From IMG/VR virus record IMGVR_UViG_2548876952_000004, positions 1-4,908 of that record: 4,908 nucleotides of DNA; one strand, written 5' to 3'. The notes under the pieces are model-generated. The model saw only the letters and a program-made list of their open reading frames with translations. It did not search any database and had not been told where the DNA came from. Made by a program: the position numbers and the translations under genes. Positions 1 through 4,908 of the stretch are shown piece by piece (position 1 is the stretch's first letter; every line of letters begins with the position of its first letter). This DNA comes from a virus. Taxonomy: Duplodnaviria; Heunggongvirae; Uroviricota; Caudoviricetes.

Positions 1-338
1 CCGTTTTCGTCGGTGGTGCCGATGATATTGGAAACGGTCTGCGCGAGTTTCGTTTCTTCGTCGTCGCCGGTGCCGTCTTCCACGCGCACGACAACGGTGA
101 CCGGTTTTGACTGGTCGGCGATAGCCTGCAACGATGCCGCCAGCGTGCCTTTTTTACCGGCCTTTGCAATCGCGCTCTGCACATTGGTAATCAGCACCGG
201 TTTATTGAGGGGAAAGGTTTCCGCATCCGCATCGCTGGCCGTGCAGACCATGCCGACAATGGCAGTGGATACGGTGGAAATGACACGGGTGCCGTCGTTA
301 ATCTCCAGCACCTGCACGCCGTGATGATAGTCACTCAT
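1..338 (-). CDS. FI: Tail sheath protein FI, N-terminal ~112 codons; the gene continues past the window start
   Basis: Minus-strand ATG at 338..336, which I translated by hand as [95 protein letters not shown]..., with no stop before position 1. It matches my recollection of the P2 FI (contractile tail sheath) N-terminus. A GGAG Shine-Dalgarno lies about 8 nt upstream (minus-strand ccacGGAGttaaacggATG). The plus-strand ORF 13..324 in the track is the antisense frame of this gene. Confidence 0.85.
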   Translation of the reverse strand, partial: MSDYHHGVQVLEINDGTRVISTVSTAIVGMVCTASDADAETFPLNKPVLITNVQSAIAKAGKKGTLAASLQAIADQSKPVTVVVRVEDGTGDDEETKLAQTVSNIIGTTDEN

Positions 339-435
339 CCGTTTAACTCCGTGGTTAATGGGTGAGTGGTATTTTCTGTTGTGCAGAGCATGAGACGCTA
401 TTTGACCTGGCTGGTCAGTGGATGAAACAACAGAT

Positions 436-458
436 AAAGAAAAGGCGGACAATCCGCC
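436..458 (-). terminator. Possible intrinsic terminator: GC hairpin followed by a T-tract, as read on the minus strand
   Basis: Minus-strand sequence GGCGG-ATTGT-CCGCC (plus 444..458; 5-bp all-GC stem, 5-nt loop) is followed directly by TTTTCTTTAT (plus 443..434). The stem is short and the hairpin lies ~210 bp downstream of the accessory ORF stop, so the assignment is tentative. Confidence 0.3.
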
Positions 459-462
459 CGCC

Positions 463-480
463 TGTCATGATTTGTACACA
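463..480 (-). promoter_or_regulatory. Perfect TGT-N12-ACA dyad; candidate binding site for an Ogr/Delta-type late activator (possible FI late promoter element)
   Basis: Plus 463..480 reads TGT-catgatttgtac-ACA. P2/186 late promoters are known to carry a TGT-N12-ACA dyad centred near -55. The site is ~130 bp upstream of the FI start codon in the correct orientation, but I could not find a convincing -10 element at the expected spacing. Confidence 0.25.
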
Positions 481-525
481 CTCATTTTCCGACTGACAAT
501 TTACATAACCCAAAAGTTATCAAAT

Positions 526-568
526 CTGACAGTCTGCTTTGAGCAAGAAGCGGACATTTGCCTGTCAG
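526..568. repeat. Inverted repeat CTGACAG ... CTGTCAG (7-bp arms, 29-bp spacer)
   Basis: Plus 526..532 ctgacag and plus 562..568 ctgtcag are exact reverse complements. The region sits between the accessory ORF stop and the FI upstream region. Confidence 0.4.
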
Positions 569-668
569 GGTATATGCCGCTCTGCGGTTATTATCCAGAA
601 TCAATAATTCATCTGAGTTGGATTACATATAAAACATAGTTACCCCATGAATAACCATGAGCAGATCA

Positions 669-1262
669 TCAATTATGTAAATCTTTTGTTTCAGGTTTTT
701 TTGGGTGTTGTGACAACAAATGGCTATAGCGTTTAAGCAAAATATTAGAAAGATTAAACTCATTCATGAAGTGTTCTTCTAATAAGTAACCATCAATATC
801 AACTTTAATATCATTACTACTTTTCATCTTCTGTAACGTAGATTTTACACACTCCAGCAGGATGCTTTGCTCATGGTAATAGTCCATAAGAAGAGTAACA
901 TCCTCTTTATCAAGTTTACTTAATTCACTGAAGTAGGCTTTAAAAACTTTATCAGTCTGGTTTAATGCAATCTGTAAGCGAGGCCCTCCTAATGATTTGA
1001 CATTAATGGCAAAAGGCTCGCCAACAAAATGCTCCGAATTTTCGTCAAAGCCAATATTTCTCGTTTTATCAAGAAAAGTGAGAGCGCGATGGTTATTAGC
1101 GATTTCATATGCAAACATTGTTCTGATACTGTCTCTCTCAGCCTCCATGCTTATATCATCACGATGATTCGTATAAAATATATTTCCAATAAAGAGAACC
1201 ATAGCAAGAATCACTGAACTTGCCTCCCAATTAATATTTTTTAATCGTCGCTTAGTAAACAT
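669..1262 (-). CDS. Hypothetical protein, 197 aa, N-terminal membrane anchor; accessory (moron) gene at the G/FI hotspot; function unknown, candidate phage-defence or superinfection-exclusion protein
   Basis: Complete ORF from ATG at 1262..1260 to TGA at 671..669, with an AAGGTG Shine-Dalgarno 6 nt upstream of the ATG. The N-terminus is MFTKRRLKNINWE followed by the hydrophobic stretch ASSVILAMVLFIGNIFYT (aa ~14-31, encoded ~1170..1223), which fits a single-pass N-in membrane anchor with a ~165-aa C-terminal domain. The gene and its flanks are visibly AT-rich compared with the tail genes. I see no Walker A, HxH or other catalytic motif and do not recognise the protein. Confidence 0.6.
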   Translation of the reverse strand: MFTKRRLKNINWEASSVILAMVLFIGNIFYTNHRDDISMEAERDSIRTMFAYEIANNHRALTFLDKTRNIGFDENSEHFVGEPFAINVKSLGGPRLQIALNQTDKVFKAYFSELSKLDKEDVTLLMDYYHEQSILLECVKSTLQKMKSSNDIKVDIDGYLLEEHFMNEFNLSNILLKRYSHLLSQHPKKPETKDLHN

Positions 1263-1408
1263 ACCGCACCTTAATTATCAAAAATATTCCTTCAGTGTTA
1301 TCTGGTTAGCCTAAACCAAGTCATTAAAGTCCGCAGGATATCATATACATAAAATGTATTGATTAGAATTTGCACTAATAAAATAATGCTTTACTAAAAT
1401 CTACTCCA

Positions 1409-1448
1409 GACACAGAGCGGCCTGTCAGATTAGGCTTTACTCTGTGCC
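1409..1448 (-). other. Imperfect nested hairpin downstream of G (possible terminator or RNA structure separating the tail operon from the accessory gene)
   Basis: Plus 1411..1417 cacagag pairs with plus 1440..1446 ctctgtg; an inner pair gcct (1420..1423) / aggc (1432..1435) is also present. On the minus strand it is followed by tctggagtagattttag, which has only a weak T-run. Low confidence. Confidence 0.2.
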
Positions 1449-1483
1449 ATAGATATGTAAGCTCACACCAGAGCTCATACAAC

Positions 1484-2011
1484 TTATTGCGGCATTTCCG
1501 GCCATTCAGGATTTGCAGGATCCACACGACTGACCAGAACGCTGTAACGCTCCCATGCATCCAGTCGGCTACGCTCCTCATCTGTTGCCATATTCAGCCT
1601 GACAGCGCGCTCCAGCGGCACAATCACGGATTCGGCTTCGGAAAGCAAAGTTGCCTTTTGTGATTCTGCCAGTTGCTGCTGTTCGTCTGCCGTATAAATC
1701 CGCTTAATCACGGCACCATCCTTAAACATCCATTTACCTGAGTCATCAGCACGTCGGTTGGCGGTAATATCAGGAACCTCGACAACGCTAAAACCTTCAG
1801 GGTTAAGCGTTGAAGCATCTCTGGTGATGCCGACAATTATATTATTCTCGTCGTAAACAATCTTTATCGTGTCTGCCTGAAAATTACTTACTTCCTCATA
1901 CCAGTTTTTTCCCTCTTCGGACCATAACCAGATAACATCAAAATTTTTTGTCAGTTGATATTGGGCAACAGTTTTTGGATTACCCGCAGTAATATTTTTT
2001 AAATGCTGCAT
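1484..2011 (-). CDS. G: Tail fibre assembly (chaperone) protein G
   Basis: 175-aa [33 protein letters not shown]...[11 protein letters not shown], which matches my recollection of P2 gpG and the Tfa tail-fibre-assembly family. Its start ATG (2011..2009) lies 3 nt after the H stop (2017..2015), with an AGGTG Shine-Dalgarno inside the H 3' end; this tight spacing is typical of an operon. Confidence 0.9.
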   Translation of the reverse strand: MQHLKNITAGNPKTVAQYQLTKNFDVIWLWSEEGKNWYEEVSNFQADTIKIVYDENNIIVGITRDASTLNPEGFSVVEVPDITANRRADDSGKWMFKDGAVIKRIYTADEQQQLAESQKATLLSEAESVIVPLERAVRLNMATDEERSRLDAWERYSVLVSRVDPANPEWPEMPQ

Positions 2012-2014
2012 AAA

Positions 2015-4045
2015 TTACACCTGTGCGACGTTATACCATGTGCCATTGATGTATTTTTGTATTGGTCTGAATACTGCGGGGTCATCACCATCGACTTCAC
2101 CGACAATACCAAGCCCGGTAATTACGTGCCCTGCTTTCTCATACATCACCCCTTTCTGCATGGTCTGGACAACTCGAGTCCCAAGCCGGATATCGCGTAC
2201 ATAACGGGAATCAAAATTACTATAGTTAGATGGTGATACCTGCCCGTTAACAGCAAAAGTGATGCTGTTATCTGTATTTCTCTGACTGTAAAAATGCCAG
2301 CCTGCATCATCACCTAATTCAGCCACCACCGGACGACTTGAGTTTCCCCACAAATTGAATGCGGCTTCCTTCGTGGATGTATTACTGCTGCTGACCGTGA
2401 TTTTTTTCCCGCTACCGGCACGTACTTTGGTACTTGAGACAATATCACCAGTAACACTCAGGCCATGCCCCATTGATACAGCACCCGTGGCATCATTTAT
2501 AATCAGTGGTCTTAAATTATTATAAGTACCTAATCTGTCACCTGATTTAGTCAACATAAAATAAGTGCTGCTGCCATCATTCCTGATAAAGAATCCATAA
2601 TTGCCATAAGCAATGCGCAGACCATTAGCACTGAGTGATGTAATCTCACCTCTTGAACGGAGACCATAAGCGGAGCTGAGTGATAATTCTTCCTGAGCAT
2701 CAGTATTACCAGTCGCCCAGCGAACTACCCCGCCCTGTACTGTTTCATGCCAGATAGTGTCTCCTTCTCCACCACGAAACTTTCTGAGATATTTTTTGCC
2801 GCCTCTGGTGCCTGAACATAAGGCCGTAGACATATAGGCATTCTGGCTTCCGCCATCCTGATTAATCGTTCCGGTCATTGAGTCGCCCTGACGATTCCAG
2901 TCACGACGCCAGCCGGGGGAGTAGCCGTCCCCATGATTAATGTAAGTGAATTGCGCGCTGGTTGTACCGCCACCACTTGATGTTGTCGGCGTGGTCACTC
3001 GGATAGTGATTGCAGATTTAGTTCCCATGACCTCGACGACACAACCAGCCAGGTGGATATCACCACATCCGGTATCCGTAATGATTTTGTTATTTGCATA
3101 TGACCAGGAGCCTTTGCACATCCAGTACGGATGATTAAATGCACCACGGGAATCCAGCCATTCAATAAACTGAGCGGTTGTCCAGTTTCCGGCTTCAGTG
3201 CTCAAAGCGCCGCTATAAGCACGACAGGCACCGATATTTTTCGTGAAGGTATCCTTTCCCGGAATATCCGCACCGTTCTGATCTTTCTGAAGACGTTTTT
3301 CAGCATTGTCATAGGCAGACTTCACTGCTTTTGGCGTTGCCGCGAGGTTTTCAGAATCACTGTTGGTGGCGCTACTGAGCTGGACAAGACCTTTTCGCGC
3401 TGTGGTGGCGTCCTGTGCGGTATATTTCCCGTTAGCCAGGTCATATGCGGCCTTAACCGCTTTCGGCGTTGCAGCCAGTGTTTCAGACGTACTGTTGGTC
3501 GCACTGCTTAACTGAGTAAAACCTTTTGCGGTCAGCGAGGCGTCAGGGTGACGTCGTGACTGTTCGTGCTCTGCAATTTTGTCATCAACGTAATCCTGCG
3601 TCGCCATCACCGTTGTGGTGTCAATGGTCAGCTCCACTGAGGCCACACTGCTGACGATGATGACCATGCGACAGGTCTGCGAACGTCCTGAGCCTTCGGC
3701 AAGGGCTGGCTTATAGCTTTCGGCCATGTTCGCCACGGCAATTAACGTTCCCGCATCATCGTACAGGCCAAGCTCACGCATCCAGAAACCGCCCACCTCC
3801 GGCGGAATAACCAGCTCTGCGATAATATAATTACTGTTTCGTTTGTCCTGGCTGATTTTGTTCAGCGCATGTCGCCAGACTTCATGGATAAGCCCGGTCT
3901 GTCCGGCATCCGGGACAGGCAATTTACCACCGCCATCCCCGACGGCCATCGTGGTAATGTTGACCTTCCGCCCTCCCGGTGCGGTTGCCGCTGCCAGCTT
4001 TGCTGCACCGGCAGTGGTGATAACGGTTTTGAATTTTGTGCTCAT
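2015..4045 (-). CDS. H: Tail fibre protein H
   Basis: 676-aa ORF. The N-terminus MSTKFKTVITTAGAAKLAAATAPGGRKVNITTMAVGDGGGKLPVPDAGQTGLIHEVWRHALNKISQDKRNSNYIIAELVIPPEVGGFWMRELGLYDDAGTLIAVANMAESYKPALAEGSGR... and the C-terminus ...NFDSRYVRDIRLGTRVVQTMQKGVMYEKAGHVITGLGIVGEVDGDDPAVFRPIQKYINGTWYNVAQV both match my recollection of P2 gpH. It contains two copies of a ~32-aa tail-fibre repeat. Length and operon position (I-H-G) agree with P2. Confidence 0.93.
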   Translation of the reverse strand: MSTKFKTVITTAGAAKLAAATAPGGRKVNITTMAVGDGGGKLPVPDAGQTGLIHEVWRHALNKISQDKRNSNYIIAELVIPPEVGGFWMRELGLYDDAGTLIAVANMAESYKPALAEGSGRSQTCRMVIIVSSVASVELTIDTTTVMATQDYVDDKIAEHEQSRRHPDASLTAKGFTQLSSATNSTSETLAATPKAVKAAYDLANGKYTAQDATTARKGLVQLSSATNSDSENLAATPKAVKSAYDNAEKRLQKDQNGADIPGKDTFTKNIGACRAYSGALSTEAGNWTTAQFIEWLDSRGAFNHPYWMCKGSWSYANNKIITDTGCGDIHLAGCVVEVMGTKSAITIRVTTPTTSSGGGTTSAQFTYINHGDGYSPGWRRDWNRQGDSMTGTINQDGGSQNAYMSTALCSGTRGGKKYLRKFRGGEGDTIWHETVQGGVVRWATGNTDAQEELSLSSAYGLRSRGEITSLSANGLRIAYGNYGFFIRNDGSSTYFMLTKSGDRLGTYNNLRPLIINDATGAVSMGHGLSVTGDIVSSTKVRAGSGKKITVSSSNTSTKEAAFNLWGNSSRPVVAELGDDAGWHFYSQRNTDNSITFAVNGQVSPSNYSNFDSRYVRDIRLGTRVVQTMQKGVMYEKAGHVITGLGIVGEVDGDDPAVFRPIQKYINGTWYNVAQV
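3299..3526 (-). repeat. Tandem direct repeat inside H (two copies, period 132 bp / 44 aa) encoding the tail-fibre repeat motif
   Basis: H residues ~174-205 KGFTQLSSATNSTSETLAATPKAVKAAYDLAN and ~218-249 KGLVQLSSATNSDSENLAATPKAVKSAYDNAE. At DNA level, compare plus 3351..3400 cagaatcactgttggtggcgctactgagctggacaagaccttttcgcgc with plus 3483..3530 tcagacgtactgttggtcgcactgcttaactgagtaaaaccttttgcg. Confidence 0.7.
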
Positions 4046-4055
4046 TATTCCTCAC

Positions 4056-4586
4056 TTATCCGGGGTAAACCGTAATTACATCGCCGTCGTAAGCCACACC
4101 ACCGGCGAACAGGTAGCCGGGAATGTCGCGGGAAATGTTCAGGCCAATAAGGTGACGGCTTGCAGGTTTGGCATCAGCAATCAGCCGTTCCATTTCCTGA
4201 TACATTGCCTCTGTGATACCGCTTTCCAGTACACCGATATCAAGCCGGAAGGTGCCGGGCGGGTCACTGGTTTCCCACCACTCCGTCACGTTGATGAGAT
4301 AGCCCAGCGGCTCCACCACACGCCGGATTGCACCTATAGTGCCTTTATGACAGTGGATGAAATAGGCATCGCGGATAACGGCGCGTTTGGTCGCTTCCGG
4401 CCACTTTTCATCCCATCTGTCGACCGAAAACGCCCACGCCAGCCACGGCAGCAGATTTGCCGGGCAGGTGTCCGGGTTCCACAGCTCACGAATACTGACC
4501 GGTGTTTTTTCAATTTCCGCACAGGCTTTTGCGGCGGCGACCTCAAGCGGTGATGAGCCGGTCGGCAGCAGTCGCGAATCACTCAT
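4056..4586 (-). CDS. I: Baseplate assembly protein I
   Basis: 176-aa ORF MSDSRLLPTGSSPLEVAAAKACAEIEKTPVSIRELWNPDTCPANLLPWLAWAFSVDRWDEKWPEATKRAV..., matching my recollection of P2 gpI in sequence and length. It lies between J and H as in P2, and its start overlaps the J stop by 8 nt. Confidence 0.9.
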   Translation of the reverse strand: MSDSRLLPTGSSPLEVAAAKACAEIEKTPVSIRELWNPDTCPANLLPWLAWAFSVDRWDEKWPEATKRAVIRDAYFIHCHKGTIGAIRRVVEPLGYLINVTEWWETSDPPGTFRLDIGVLESGITEAMYQEMERLIADAKPASRHLIGLNISRDIPGYLFAGGVAYDGDVITVYPG

Positions 4587-4908
4587 CCGAGCCTCCGGTC
4601 ACGACGCGGTATTCGGTACAGAAAGACGCCTGCGTACTGTTGAGCACGATGTCGGCCAGTGGTGCGGCCAGCTCGACACGCTGCACGCCTTCCACATGCA
4701 AAGCGGCATAAATGGCAGACAGACGGATGTCGCGCCCCAGCCGGTGCTGTGCCGTGATGTACGCTTCCAGTTTTTTCACGGCGGCAGCGCGTATGGGTTC
4801 GCTTTCGGGACCAGGGTAAAGGTAAAGCGTGGCGTTTATCTGGTATTCAACGATGGCGGCAGACTGCACGGTCACGCGGTCGGCCACCGGCCTGACGTCC
4901 TCGCCATT
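4579..4908 (-). CDS. J: Baseplate assembly protein J, C-terminal ~109 codons; the gene begins beyond the window end
   Basis: The minus-strand frame is open from the window edge (hand translation ...NGEDVRPVADRVTVQSAAIVEYQINATLYLYPGPESEPIRAAAVKKLEAYITAQHRLGRDIRLSAIYAALHVEGVQRVELAAPLADIVLNSTQASFCTEYRVVTGGSDE) to the stop at 4581..4579. The M at 4887 in the ORF track is an in-frame GTG, not the true start. The position immediately upstream of I fits P2 gene order V-W-J-I-H-G. Confidence 0.8.
   Translation of the reverse strand, partial: NGEDVRPVADRVTVQSAAIVEYQINATLYLYPGPESEPIRAAAVKKLEAYITAQHRLGRDIRLSAIYAALHVEGVQRVELAAPLADIVLNSTQASFCTEYRVVTGGSDE

Noticed and set aside
13-324. 103-aa plus-strand ORF
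   Set aside because: It lies entirely antisense to the clearly recognisable FI tail sheath coding sequence; such antisense open frames are common in GC-balanced coding DNA.
418-639. 73-aa plus-strand ORF in the FI upstream / accessory downstream intergenic region
   Set aside because: It starts at GTG with no Shine-Dalgarno upstream, spans the hairpin, dyad and inverted-repeat elements that look regulatory, and has no recognisable features. A small divergently transcribed gene cannot be excluded, but there is no positive support.
1029-1217. 62-aa plus-strand ORF
   Set aside because: It is antisense within the 197-aa accessory ORF, with low-complexity AT-rich codons and no ribosome-binding site.
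669-1262. Assigning the accessory ORF to a named gene (P2 Z/fun, tin, old or a specific named defence family)
   Set aside because: I cannot recall those protein sequences well enough to assert identity, and the protein has no diagnostic motif. Naming it would be guesswork, so it is left as hypothetical.
1375-1581. 68-aa minus-strand ORF
   Set aside because: It overlaps the 3' end of G in a different frame and runs into the intergenic hairpin region; it is an out-of-frame artefact.
2003-2236. 77-aa plus-strand ORF
   Set aside because: Antisense to the H 3' end and G start.
2946-3511. Plus-strand ORFs of 62 and 126 aa and a 60-aa minus-strand ORF inside H
   Set aside because: Antisense or out-of-frame within the well-supported H tail fibre gene.
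3843-4553. 236-aa plus-strand ORF (and the nested 68-aa ORF at 3869..4075)
   Set aside because: Antisense across the H N-terminus and most of I, both of which are confidently identified. Its Pro/Ala/Arg/Gly-rich composition is typical of a spurious antisense frame.
4334-4711. 82-aa minus-strand and 69-aa plus-strand ORFs
   Set aside because: Out-of-frame or antisense within I and J; Arg-rich low-complexity translations.
1-4908. Searched for CRISPR arrays, tRNA/rRNA genes, IS elements, integrase or att sites
   Set aside because: I saw no regularly spaced repeat-spacer array, no tRNA-like cloverleaf sequence, no transposase-like ORF or long terminal inverted repeats, and no integrase; the window lies within the phage structural region.

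Overview
This window is a piece of the late (tail) region of a P2-like (Peduovirus-type) phage or prophage, with every gene on the minus strand. Running from high to low coordinates: the 3' end of baseplate gene J (4579..4908, truncated by the window edge), baseplate gene I (4056..4586), tail fibre gene H (2015..4045), tail fibre assembly gene G (1484..2011), then an AT-rich ~1.15 kb accessory segment (339..1483), then the 5' end of tail sheath gene FI (1..338, truncated). The accessory segment holds a single 197-codon ORF (669..1262) for a protein with a basic N-terminus and one predicted transmembrane helix that I do not recognise. It sits at the G/FI junction, which is the position of the Z/fun lysogenic-conversion gene in P2 and a known cargo hotspot for anti-phage genes in P2-like prophages. 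That ORF is the best candidate for an undescribed system, most plausibly a single-gene superinfection-exclusion or abortive-infection protein, but this is inference from context and composition only. The intergenic DNA around it carries repeated GCCTGTCA / TGTCAG motifs, a perfect TGT-N12-ACA dyad and a GC hairpin with a T-tract. All protein identifications are from my recollection of P2 proteins; no search was run, and composition statements are by eye.
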